Below, piece after piece: positions 55,048 to 63,915 of a stretch of 64,000 nucleotides of DNA. Numbering within the stretch: position 1 is the first letter of the stretch; each line of letters starts with the position of its first letter. Below the pieces are notes generated by a model. The model did not search any database. It saw nothing but the letters and a program-made list of their open reading frames with translations, and was not told the DNA's origin. The position numbers were made by a program, and so were the translations under genes. The DNA comes from a virus (lineage: Duplodnaviria; Caudoviricetes). The stretch lies in IMG/VR virus record IMGVR_UViG_3300021399_000157, positions 3,032 to 67,031 of that record; one strand, given 5' to 3'.

Positions 55048-56352
55048 CTATACATCTGAACTATTTCCGCTTTGCTCGAACTCTGTATCTAGTTCTTTAT
55101 CTAGTAATAACTTTTGTATTTCTGCTTCTGCGTTTTCGTCTATTGCACTTTCTGGCTGGTCTGTTATATTAGCTGTTGTATCTGTATTAGGTGTATAAAA
55201 TTGATGCGTATTTGTATCGTATAGTACTGCTCCTAGTCCTACGTTGATTACGTCTAGTCCTTCTATATAATTCATATTTTCTTGTCTTCTGATTTCGTTT
55301 AGAGTTATCCACCCAGTTTCTTTAGCTGTTTTATATGCTTCGTATCTTTCTTTTACGTTTGCTTTTAGGATCTCTTTAACGTCAAACTCGAAGAACATTT
55401 TATTCTTTTCTTTTTCTAGTAATAGGTCTTTATTTAATGCTGTTGTAAAAGCCCTAACTATTGGATATATTGCTTCTTTAAATGTTAGATAGAAGTCGTC
55501 AGGGTGTATGTGAAATATATTATTTATTTCGTCCTGTAATGTCTTCTTACTTTCGTTTAATTGCATCTCCACTGAGCTATTACTAGCTTCTTGGAACTCT
55601 AACCCGTTATTTAATACTACTACGTTATCTGTACTATTAGCGTATAGGTTGTTCCACGCTTGCTTTAATACGTTTATTTCTTCTTGTCCTAACTTTCTTT
55701 GTGATTTTAGAAAGCCTTTTTTATTTCCTCCTGATTTAACTATATTTAGTTGATATAGTAACGTATTGAAGGCTGTCTCTAGTGCTGTTCCTACTTCTTC
55801 TGTTAGTCCTATTCCTGTAGCTCCGTCTTTTGTATTACGTAGCAATTTTAAAAACTCGTATTTTTGATAATTTTGTCCTTCTACTATCAAATAGAAGTCT
55901 TTATATATTGGTTTGAAGTTAGGTATAGCACTTACGTATATATCTTTTACGTAGAATAGTCCTGTTACGTCATTTCTATTTCTTCTGATATATGCGTATC
56001 CACCTTTTCCTAGTAGATAGTCTTCTACCATTGCTTTTTTCATTTGAAAAGCGTCTAGTGTGTCTCCTGTATCTCCGTTTAGTAAAGTTACTCTCGGATC
56101 GTCGTCCTTACTTTCTACTTTACCGTCTTTATACTTATATAGTTTTACTGGCATAGATGCTATGATGCCACTAATATAGTCTACTGCTCCTGATACTGCG
56201 GGTAGTGTTAAGGCTTGCTCTCTTGTTATTGGTTGGCTATTAAATAAAGCCTGCAATAAAATATCGTTAGCTGTTTTTTCTTCTGGTGTAGTTGTTGTAG
56301 ATGCTTCGTCTACTGTATTGTCTCTCTTTCTAAATCTATCGAATACTCCCAT
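55048..56352 (-). CDS. Portal protein, HK97 family
   Basis: IASMPVKLY, LLGKGGYAYI, TLNEIRRQEN. Confidence 0.92.
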   Translation of the reverse strand: MGVFDRFRKRDNTVDEASTTTTPEEKTANDILLQALFNSQPITREQALTLPAVSGAVDYISGIIASMPVKLYKYKDGKVESKDDDPRVTLLNGDTGDTLDAFQMKKAMVEDYLLGKGGYAYIRRNRNDVTGLFYVKDIYVSAIPNFKPIYKDFYLIVEGQNYQKYEFLKLLRNTKDGATGIGLTEEVGTALETAFNTLLYQLNIVKSGGNKKGFLKSQRKLGQEEINVLKQAWNNLYANSTDNVVVLNNGLEFQEASNSSVEMQLNESKKTLQDEINNIFHIHPDDFYLTFKEAIYPIVRAFTTALNKDLLLEKEKNKMFFEFDVKEILKANVKERYEAYKTAKETGWITLNEIRRQENMNYIEGLDVINVGLGAVLYDTNTHQFYTPNTDTTANITDQPESAIDENAEAEIQKLLLDKELDTEFEQSGNSSDV

Positions 56353-56367
56353 TTTCTCACCTCCTTA

Positions 56368-58056
56368 CTATATAACTTGGATAGCGAAGTCCATTTGATT
56401 TAGGAATACGTCTTGTTGTAGTAGATATATAGCGTTTAGCATTGAAACTACCATATCTACTTTTCCTGTTGATTTCTTCTTATGTACGTACATATTTTTA
56501 TTTGTGTCATACGTACAGCGTGCATTCTGGAAGTTAATCTCCAGAAGTGTATTATTTTCATATTGGAACTCTTTCGCTAGTATCTTTTCTTTTAGTAACT
56601 TTGTAGGTGGGTGTAATACGCTAGAATGCTGTCTGATTTCAACGCAGTTATATCCTGCTCTTTCTAGTTTCTGAGCTGTACTAAGTGCGTTCCACCTATC
56701 GTATCCTATAGCTTGGATCTGTACTCCGTATTTATCCTCTAGATTTAATATAAAGTCCTCTACTACTGCGTAGTCTATTACTTTATCTCCGCAGGCTATT
56801 ACTTTTCCTGATCTGATTAATTCTCTATAGTTTACCTTCTCTGTTACTGTCTTTTCTTCTATTCTTCCTTCTGGAATAAATGCGAAGCTGTCGGCTAATA
56901 CGTTGTTATCGTCGTCTACTGTTACCATACTTACGCTGGTATTATCGTTACTTTCTGATAAGTCAAGCCCTACATAAACTATTCTGCCTTTCCAGTCTAT
57001 TTTAGCTTGTTTGCATTCCTGCAAGTCTTTTACGTCTATATATGTTTCTGTTCCTGTTCCCTGATATATGATATTACAATGTTTTGTTACGAAGTTTTCT
57101 CTAGCACTTTCTACAGCTATTGCATAGGCTCTTTTCTTTACTAGGTCGTCCCAGATCTCTGGTATTTCTAGTGCTACTGGGTTGCTTTGTTTTAGGATCA
57201 TATCGTCCGTTTCCCAGTCCTTCGCCTTATCTGGCTCGTATAATAAGCTAAAGCGTGTTTCGTCCTTCTCTAGCCCGTCTAATACTTTTTTTGAGTACTT
57301 TACTTCGTCTTCAAACGGGTTATCTATTGTCGGGTATTTTGTGCTGATTATAAAGCCTAATTTATTTAGTATATTTAATTGTCCTGACTTCATACTCTCG
57401 ATAGCGTAACTTGTTGGTAAAGCTCCTGCTTCGTCTACTATGAAGGCGTTCGGTAATCTTCCGTCTAGTCTACTGGTAGAATAACTTAACGGAATGTACG
57501 TTACCTGAGTTGGCTTGAAAAGAATATAATCTCTCAGGATCTTAAATCTTTTCGTATCTTTGTATTCGTATATTAACGGTGAACTCCTGATTATTTCGCT
57601 TATTGCTTCTCTGACTTCTCTAGATAAGGCACCGTCTGGAGCTACACTAAAGAACTTACTAAACTTCGGCTCTGTTAAAAATAGAAGTATAAAAATAGTT
57701 GCTATTGTGAATGTTTTAAAGTTCTTTCTACATATCTCTAAAAGCCCTATTTCATATCTTCTTTTCTTTTCATTGTCTCGATACACAGTACAAAGAATAG
57801 CAATATAAAAAAGCCATTGATAACCTGCGGTACATTCGTATAGCGTCTGTCCTGCTTTTAGTCCCTTCGGCATTATTAACAGCTTTAAAATGTTATTCAC
57901 TTGTTTTAATTTCTGCTCGCTAATTTTATATTTGCTGTCTTTATCTTCGCAAATGTTTACGAAGTCCTGCATCTGCAATTTAACATATTTAGGAGTAGTC
58001 TTTTTGCTTATTGATAACTTGCAATATTCTAACGCTTTATTATGCATAGTCGTCAC
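56368..58056 (-). CDS. terL: Terminase large subunit (cos/HK97 type)
   Basis: ICRKNFKT, IVDEA, GLDLS, YDRWNA, GKVDMVVSM. Confidence 0.93.
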   Translation of the reverse strand: MTTMHNKALEYCKLSISKKTTPKYVKLQMQDFVNICEDKDSKYKISEQKLKQVNNILKLLIMPKGLKAGQTLYECTAGYQWLFYIAILCTVYRDNEKKRRYEIGLLEICRKNFKTFTIATIFILLFLTEPKFSKFFSVAPDGALSREVREAISEIIRSSPLIYEYKDTKRFKILRDYILFKPTQVTYIPLSYSTSRLDGRLPNAFIVDEAGALPTSYAIESMKSGQLNILNKLGFIISTKYPTIDNPFEDEVKYSKKVLDGLEKDETRFSLLYEPDKAKDWETDDMILKQSNPVALEIPEIWDDLVKKRAYAIAVESARENFVTKHCNIIYQGTGTETYIDVKDLQECKQAKIDWKGRIVYVGLDLSESNDNTSVSMVTVDDDNNVLADSFAFIPEGRIEEKTVTEKVNYRELIRSGKVIACGDKVIDYAVVEDFILNLEDKYGVQIQAIGYDRWNALSTAQKLERAGYNCVEIRQHSSVLHPPTKLLKEKILAKEFQYENNTLLEINFQNARCTYDTNKNMYVHKKKSTGKVDMVVSMLNAIYLLQQDVFLNQMDFAIQVI

Positions 58057-58408
58057 TACCGTTTATAGCTTTTAGTAGTGGATCTTCTTCTACTTCTGTA
58101 TCCTCCTCGTCTACATTATAGTTCTTGATAATTTTCATTAATGTAGATACAGTTCGGTTAGCACTATCTGTAGTTGTATTGTATTCTCTTAATGCTGGGT
58201 TAGAATATAAGTTTTTTCTTCCTTTTACATATTCCTTCGTGACTAGCATACCGTCGTCCTTCATTCTTTTTTCTAATTCTGTTAGCATATTTAACTGAAC
58301 TTGATACCTCTTGAATGTAGTAATAAAAAAGAAATTGCTTTGTACTCCGCTTTCTTCTGCTATTCTAATTATCTCTTGTGCCTGCTCGCTTAAACTCATT
58401 TTTGCCAT
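58040..58408 (-). CDS. terS: Terminase small subunit (P27-like)
   Basis: DGMLVTKEYVKGR..NPAL; directly upstream of terL. Confidence 0.8.
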   Translation of the reverse strand: MAKMSLSEQAQEIIRIAEESGVQSNFFFITTFKRYQVQLNMLTELEKRMKDDGMLVTKEYVKGRKNLYSNPALREYNTTTDSANRTVSTLMKIIKNYNVDEEDTEVEEDPLLKAINGSDDYA

Positions 58409-58452
58409 GCTTCTACCTCATTTCCTTTTATCTCATTTTTTCTAATGGTCTT

Positions 58453-59247
58453 TTAAAATAAGCCGTACTCTGCGAACTTCTCGAAACCTCCAATATTATT
58501 TATATATTCTCTGGCTTCTTCCACTATTTCGCTATATGGCTTACCGTCTATTTGATTATCTCCGATAGCGCAGGTTAATTCTATTGTTTCTCCTGTCTCC
58601 TGAGCTTTTTTAAATGCGTAAATATTTACTGATACGTCAGCTTTGGATAAGTCTTTTCCATGAAGTCCACCGCCTGTAACACTCTGAGCCATATCACTTC
58701 CTAACTTTCTATTAGTAGCTCCTGTGTCTACGTCAGTTCCTCCCGTCCATTCTCCTAACGGGTTGATTATTACTTCTGGTCTCATTCCTTTTAAACGTTC
58801 TTTTAGTTCTTCGCTGTCTGCGTTACTTTGGCATACTATCAGTTTATCGTCTGTTAGAATGTATTTTCCGTCAGATTTATATTTATTATATAGTTCTCTG
58901 GCTAATACGCTAATCTGTTTTTCGTTTGCTGTTAATGGAACTCCTTTGAATATTCCATTATCTCCGCATCTGATCTCTTTACTCTGGTTTTCTGCTAAGT
59001 GTTCGTCCTGTGGCACTTCTAAATAGTCTAGTAATACCGCTCCTGCTATTCTTCTTACAGCTTTTAGTACTTCCTCTTTTTCTAAATGTACGCTTGTTTC
59101 ATTTATTACATGACAAATATCATGTCCTATCAGAACTTCCACCGCTACTCTCGGATCTTTTTCCTTCTGATAAGATAAATCTACTATAGCTCCTGCTATT
59201 CGATCCGCTATCTTGTCTGGGTGGCTAGGGTTTACCTTTTCTATCAT
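58453..59247 (-). CDS. metK: Compact phage-type S-adenosylmethionine synthetase
   Basis: HPDKIADRIA, CGDNG, INPLG..DTGATNRK, GGLHGKDLSKAD; 264 aa. Confidence 0.85.
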   Translation of the reverse strand: MIEKVNPSHPDKIADRIAGAIVDLSYQKEKDPRVAVEVLIGHDICHVINETSVHLEKEEVLKAVRRIAGAVLLDYLEVPQDEHLAENQSKEIRCGDNGIFKGVPLTANEKQISVLARELYNKYKSDGKYILTDDKLIVCQSNADSEELKERLKGMRPEVIINPLGEWTGGTDVDTGATNRKLGSDMAQSVTGGGLHGKDLSKADVSVNIYAFKKAQETGETIELTCAIGDNQIDGKPYSEIVEEAREYINNIGGFEKFAEYGLF

Positions 59248-59258
59248 TTCATTTCCTC

Positions 59259-60281
59259 CTACTTCTTTATACCCATAATTTTATCTACTGAGTTTTTATG
59301 TTCTTTGTAATATTGTAGCATTGTATAGTAAAAACTTTGTTTCCTGATCTTTGATAAAGACGCTGTATTTGACATTAAAGTTAAAAAACATAATGACGTT
59401 CCAGTCTCTAACATTTTCATATTTTTTTCTGGTACTGCTTTGTCTCCATTCAAAATATGATTTAGATTATATCGGTTAGGCTTGAAACCTTCCAAGCCGT
59501 CAATACCGCAACACGTTAAACTATCGCCATGCTTTCGGATCCTGTTTTCACCTGCATATATTTTTAAACCTAATCTGTGGGCTTCTTCTTTTAGCTTTAA
59601 GAAGTCACTTAGAATAGTTTCGTATTCGTAGGAATAATCTCCGCCTATTCTTACAAGTCCTTTTACTTTTTTCGGGAACTTCATACCTTCTATAATTACT
59701 CCGTAAGCTCCTGCTTCTTTGAACTTTTTCAAGTTATCAAAGACTAGGTTATACTTTTCGCTCATGTAAGGCTGTATTCTTACGATTACTCTTTTTACTC
59801 TCGGTGATATTTTTTTAATTATTTCTAATCTTTCTTCAAATGTAGGACAGCCAGCTTCTAAGCTGTCATAGTCACTACATACTAAACTAATCTGAACTAC
59901 GCAGTTACATTCTTCTAGCAAGCTAAGATATTCTTCTTCGGCTACTAGTTTTCCCTTCGTGCTAATGATAAATGGATACTGCGTTTCTTTCAATATCTTT
60001 AAACATTCGTAAGTAACTCTGTATTTTCTCTCGCATGGTTGAAAAGGATCACTCATACCGCCTATATGTAGTGGTATATCCCAGTCGCACCAGCTAGTAT
60101 CTGGAGTTCTTTTTCCATTGATAAAGTCTTTTAGCTTCTTTGGAGTTTCGTCTATTTTTATTTTTGAAATATCTTCGAACTTTTTAGCAAAGCAATATTT
60201 ACAGCCATGAGAACAGCCTACATACATATCAAAGCGAATAGGCACGTCACATAAATAGCATTGACTACCGCACTTAGGCAT
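59259..60281 (-). CDS. Radical SAM enzyme (spore photoproduct lyase-like superfamily)
   Basis: YVGCSHGCKYC CxxxCxxC, GGMSDPFQ, STK, RIQP. Confidence 0.85.
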   Translation of the reverse strand: MPKCGSQCYLCDVPIRFDMYVGCSHGCKYCFAKKFEDISKIKIDETPKKLKDFINGKRTPDTSWCDWDIPLHIGGMSDPFQPCERKYRVTYECLKILKETQYPFIISTKGKLVAEEEYLSLLEECNCVVQISLVCSDYDSLEAGCPTFEERLEIIKKISPRVKRVIVRIQPYMSEKYNLVFDNLKKFKEAGAYGVIIEGMKFPKKVKGLVRIGGDYSYEYETILSDFLKLKEEAHRLGLKIYAGENRIRKHGDSLTCCGIDGLEGFKPNRYNLNHILNGDKAVPEKNMKMLETGTSLCFLTLMSNTASLSKIRKQSFYYTMLQYYKEHKNSVDKIMGIKK

Positions 60282-60282
60282 A

Positions 60283-60831
60283 TCAATTCTCCTCCAGAAT
60301 GTCTAGCACGCTTTGTACTATCATTTCTTTTCCGTATTTATTTATTGCTTCCTTAACTTGATCTTCGTACTTCTTCTCGAATGTTATTTGTAAACTCCAA
60401 AGTTCTTTATCGTTTCCTTCTCCAGCTATTCCGCTGTCTATCATTTCGTCGATAAAGTCTAGTGTATTTTCTTCAAAGCCATATTTACTCATGTCTAAAG
60501 ATATTTTATCTAATTCTTCTTCTAATGTCTGATAGTCCCACTCTGCGTAATCATGGGTTTTATTATCAATAATTCTAAAAGCGTTTTGTTGTTGTTCTGA
60601 TAAGTCGTCTGCAAAGATTACAGGCACGTTCTTTAAGCCTAGCTTCTTTGATGCCTCATATCTTGTATGTCCGTTGATTATGACATAATCTGAATTAACA
60701 ACTAAAGGCACTTTAAAGCCGAACTCTTTTATACTTTCTGCTACTTTATCCACAGCATTTATATTTACTCGTGGGTTATTCTCATAAGGCTTTATCAATT
60801 TTATATCAATATTCTTAATCTCCATTGTCAC
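60283..60831 (-). CDS. ParB/Srx N-terminal domain protein
   Basis: PYENNPR..VAESIKEFGF...GHTRYEA...FRIIDNK. Confidence 0.85.
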   Translation of the reverse strand: MTMEIKNIDIKLIKPYENNPRVNINAVDKVAESIKEFGFKVPLVVNSDYVIINGHTRYEASKKLGLKNVPVIFADDLSEQQQNAFRIIDNKTHDYAEWDYQTLEEELDKISLDMSKYGFEENTLDFIDEMIDSGIAGEGNDKELWSLQITFEKKYEDQVKEAINKYGKEMIVQSVLDILEEN

Positions 60832-61417
60832 TCATTCCCTTTATTACATTCAAAAAAATAAAGTTTAAATCTTCCTTCGAATGTGTCTTTAAATAATTTT
60901 CAAAATAAGGCTTTAACTCATGTTTAAGACTAAATGTGATAATAAAGCTGTCTTTTTCTATATTTTCATTTTCATTCTTTGATAAGCCTGTTTCGTCCAA
61001 AACTTCATAGACGCTATAATTATCGAAGCCAAAAAAGTTTAAGTCTACGTTAAAGTCGTCTATGTGATCCACTTTAAAATTATTGATCTTGTCTATTTCT
61101 ACTTTCAACTTTTCATAGTCCCATAATGAAAAGTCTGTTACTTTGTTATCAACTATCCTAAAAGCCTTTATCTGCTCCTCTGTCAGATCGTCCGCTACGA
61201 TTACTGGCACTTCTTTTAGTCCTAATTGCTTTGATGCTTTTAGTCTCGTATGCCCTGCTACTATGACATTGTTCTTATCTATGATAATTGGAACTTTAAA
61301 ACCGAATTGTTTAATACTTTCGGCTACATACTTGACAGCATCATTATTTAGTCTCGGGTTTTTGTCATATGGTATTAATTCCTCGACTTTTCGGTATTCT
61401 ATCTTCGTTTCTTTCAT
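60815..61417 (-). CDS. ParB/Srx N-terminal domain protein
   Basis: PYDKNPR..VAESIKQFGF...GHTRLKA...FRIVDNK. Confidence 0.85.
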   Translation of the reverse strand: MKETKIEYRKVEELIPYDKNPRLNNDAVKYVAESIKQFGFKVPIIIDKNNVIVAGHTRLKASKQLGLKEVPVIVADDLTEEQIKAFRIVDNKVTDFSLWDYEKLKVEIDKINNFKVDHIDDFNVDLNFFGFDNYSVYEVLDETGLSKNENENIEKDSFIITFSLKHELKPYFENYLKTHSKEDLNFIFLNVIKGMSDNGD

Positions 61418-61539
61418 TTCATTATATCTCCTATACCTCTTTAAATGCTATTTTTAGGCTTCTGGAGGGGTTTTAACAGTTTTCCTAGATAATTTATACG
61501 TTTTTACCTGTTTTAACTCCATTTGAGCCGTTTTTATAT

Positions 61540-61643
61540 GTTTTTTCCAAAAAAACTTTGTATTTTTTTTATTTTTTGTGTAGAAAGGTGGCGGGTGGGT
61601 TTTGAAAAAAGTTTTTTTATTCCTTCCTAAATGTCGGGGGGTG
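61540..61643. other. Putative cos/packaging region
   Basis: C-rich blocks (ACCCCCCG, ACCCACCCGCCACC on minus) and A-tracts directly after the terminase-associated HNH gene. Confidence 0.35.
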
Positions 61644-62003
61644 TTAATTGTCTTCTCGTTCTGATGCAAGTCTATATAGATAGTCTCTATCTATCTTACC
61701 TATCTCTGCTTGTTTGTGGTGTTCCTGACATAAACATATTAGGTTATAGCTATCTAGTAGTCTGTCTTTGTTTTCTTTTACTGGTGTTATATGATGCACC
61801 TCTAGTCCTTCGTAGGTGTATCTACCTTCTGCTCTACATACGCTACATAGATAGTTACTAGCTTTTCTTATCTGATTAGCTTTCTTATGCCACGCATTCT
61901 TATTCCTTAGCCTTCTTGCTTCTGTATCCTTTTTATCTCTATTATGGTTACATTTATAGGCTATATCGTGTACTTTACCGCATCTACTACAGCTTTTATA
62001 CAT
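61644..62003 (-). CDS. Terminase-associated HNH endonuclease
   Basis: LCSVC...EVHHITPV...NLICLCQEHH; cos-phage context. Confidence 0.88.
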   Translation of the reverse strand: MYKSCSRCGKVHDIAYKCNHNRDKKDTEARRLRNKNAWHKKANQIRKASNYLCSVCRAEGRYTYEGLEVHHITPVKENKDRLLDSYNLICLCQEHHKQAEIGKIDRDYLYRLASEREDN

Positions 62004-62770
62004 TATCCTTTAAACCCGTACTCTTTTAGCTTAGCTAGTGTCTTAGGTCCTACTGATCCGTCAGCTTTTAGTCCTGTTCTCTTTTGGAACTCTGTTATAC
62101 TTCCTTTTAGATATGGTCCGTAGTAGTTTCCTAGTGCTTTCTTGCTTGTATATGCTGGAAATGTCTTATACATAAAGTCTGCTATCTTACCTATATTAGC
62201 GTTTGTATCTCCTGAACTAAAGTATCCCTTTTTACCAAAGAAAGAAGTATCTGATTTAGTTTCTTTAGTAGTAGTTTTAACTGCTGGGTTTACTAGACAA
62301 CCTAGATATTTATAGTTATTAGCATTTACGCTCCAGTTTCCGTTAGTTCCTTTTTTTCTGGTATAGTTAGCAAATGCAAAGTGATTATATCCGCTTTCTG
62401 AGGTTAATACTTCTGTACTGCTTATAACCTTTTCTACAACTGCTACGTGTCCTGCTAGTGATCCTTTACCTTCCCATACCATTATTCCACCAGCTACGGG
62501 TTTAGTGGATACTGATAGTCCTATAGATTTACCTCTTTTTATAAAGTCTTCGGCGTTACAGTTTAATTGCCAGTATTTCATTCCTTTATATCCTGATAAT
62601 TGGCTGTATATCTCGTTAAATCTACCGCAAGCCCACCCTACACAGTTACATAGTACGTTTAGTCCTGCTTTTGTAGGTTTTCCTTTGATACAGTGGCTGT
62701 ATCCGTTATTACTTGTTGTATTATAGAACTTATTATTCTTCTTCGGTAGTGTCTTCTGTACTGTAAACAT
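62003..62770 (-). CDS. Endolysin: CHAP domain plus peptidoglycan-binding domain
   Basis: NCVGWA, GHVAVVE, SESGY; QKRTGLKADGSVGPKT. Confidence 0.88.
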   Translation of the reverse strand: MFTVQKTLPKKNNKFYNTTSNNGYSHCIKGKPTKAGLNVLCNCVGWACGRFNEIYSQLSGYKGMKYWQLNCNAEDFIKRGKSIGLSVSTKPVAGGIMVWEGKGSLAGHVAVVEKVISSTEVLTSESGYNHFAFANYTRKKGTNGNWSVNANNYKYLGCLVNPAVKTTTKETKSDTSFFGKKGYFSSGDTNANIGKIADFMYKTFPAYTSKKALGNYYGPYLKGSITEFQKRTGLKADGSVGPKTLAKLKEYGFKG

Positions 62771-62854
62771 TTTCTACGCTACCTCCTTCGTTTAATTCTT
62801 CTACGCTGTTGTCTTCTACTGTTGTTTGTGCTTCGTATTTTTCTTCCATACTAT

Positions 62855-63058
62855 TTACTCCTTTTCTTTATTATAGTTATAGTTTGATACTCCTAGTAAT
62901 GCTCCTAAAAAGGTTGCTACTAGTGATATAGTTCCTACTATTAAAGTTGGATCGAAGTTATATAGTTCTCCTAGTCCTGTTATTAGTGCTATAGTTGGAG
63001 CAACCGAAGTAGCTAGTATCCACTTTAGTACTGTAAATACTTTATTATTTAGTATCAT
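62855..63058 (-). CDS. Holin
   Basis: 67 aa, two TM segments, ATFLGALLGVS; upstream of the lysin. Confidence 0.8.
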   Translation of the reverse strand: MILNNKVFTVLKWILATSVAPTIALITGLGELYNFDPTLIVGTISLVATFLGALLGVSNYNYNKEKE

Positions 63059-63077
63059 TCTTTTCCTCCTTTACATA

Positions 63078-63103
63078 ACAAAAAAAAGACTATCGCTAGT
63101 CTT
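63078..63103 (-). terminator. Terminator closing the phage B ncRNA pair
   Basis: AAAAAAAGACTA-tcgc-TAGTCTT. Confidence 0.65.
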
Positions 63104-63172
63104 CTGATAAGCTCTCTAGAAGGTATACAGGATATGAAAAAAGTTATACCCTCTAGACAGCTCGTCGCTGTC
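63104..63172 (-). ncRNA. Structured non-coding element, family copy 6
   Basis: TCTAGAAGGTATA / TATACCCTCTAGA arms; GACAGC/GCTGTC flank hairpin. Confidence 0.5.
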
Positions 63173-63209
63173 TTCCACCGTTCGTGTCTTAGGGGTTGGT
63201 GCTTTATAT

Positions 63210-63320
63210 GGTACTAATACGTACCTTACTAGATAATAAGCATTCTGATAGTAACAACTCCTAAAAGACTAAATGAGTTGTATTCTTTACCTACTATCTA
63301 GTAAGCTACTTACTAGTATC
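63210..63320 (-). ncRNA. Structured non-coding element, family copy 5 (ortholog of copy 4)
   Basis: CTTACTAGATA / TATCTAGTAAG arms; 35 nt core identical to 30590-30624. Confidence 0.65.
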
Positions 63321-63696
63321 TTTGTAAGTATTTTCTTTTTATAAGTAGCTTACCTTTACTTCCTTTATCCCATTTATGCTCGCTTTCGAACTGTTGGAGT
63401 AAATATTCTATAATTTGTCTTTGATCTTCTGTAGGCTCGGCTCTTTGTTGGTTTATGTATTCAAATATTTTATTTATTGCTATATATGTATCTATATCTT
63501 TATATTCTATCAGGTGTAAATATTGGTGTCCTATTGGCATTAGTAAAGCTCCGTTGCTTATTTCTTGCTTACCTCCGTCACATCTTTTAACTATATGGTG
63601 GAATGTTAAATCTTTTTTTACTAATTTATAGTTAAGCCAGTCTAGATTAGAGTATGGCTTGTAGATTTTTAACATTTCTTTCGTTATATTCTTCAT
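63313..63696 (-). CDS. HNH-like protein (homolog of 29554-29976)
   Basis: LTFHHIVKR.DGG..EISNGALL...HQYLHLIE. Confidence 0.65.
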   Translation of the reverse strand: MKNITKEMLKIYKPYSNLDWLNYKLVKKDLTFHHIVKRCDGGKQEISNGALLMPIGHQYLHLIEYKDIDTYIAINKIFEYINQQRAEPTEDQRQIIEYLLQQFESEHKWDKGSKGKLLIKRKYLQRY

Positions 63697-63777
63697 ATTT
63701 CCTTCGTTTTATATTATCCCTCAATAATATTATTTCATATAAATAGTCTAATTTAGTCTAATGTTACAATTTCTCGT

Positions 63778-63915
63778 CTATTTTTTCTTTTTTAGTTGTT
63801 TCGCTCTTACTCCTGTATACTCTGGATATTTTAATAGATATTTTTCTAATTCTTTTAGACTTTCTAGATTAAACTTTATATTTCCTTTTGGTGTTTCAAT
63901 TGTTATTTCATACAT
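63778..63915 (-). CDS. Small protein not in the ORF track (45 aa, MYEITIETPKGNIKFNLESL...)
   Basis: Ortholog of 30731-30874. Confidence 0.75.
   Translation of the reverse strand: MYEITIETPKGNIKFNLESLKELEKYLLKYPEYTGVRAKQLKKKK

Larger units (their letters stand above)
30835..63875 (-). mobile_element. Phage B: apparently complete ~33 kb temperate siphophage (HK97-like head), circularly permuted
   Basis: Full gene set (replication, switch, serine integrase, tail, head, terminase, lysis) between two copies of an identical sequence 33,041 bp apart. Confidence 0.85.

Noticed and set aside
61454-61669. 71 aa ORF after the HNH gene
   Set aside because: Translation of homopolymer-rich DNA with no RBS; better explained as a non-coding packaging region
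63-62726. The many plus-strand ORFs in the track that lie antisense to long minus-strand genes
   Set aside because: Hydrophobic or low-complexity shadow translations with no RBS or family motifs; only 2891-3178, 40423-40761 and 40945-42288 are supported on plus
31797-63875. Stop-codon reassignment suggested by the abundance of TAG/CTA in phage B
   Set aside because: Genes are full length under code 11 and TAG, TGA and TAA all end genes at sensible places; the excess comes from CTA/GTA codon use
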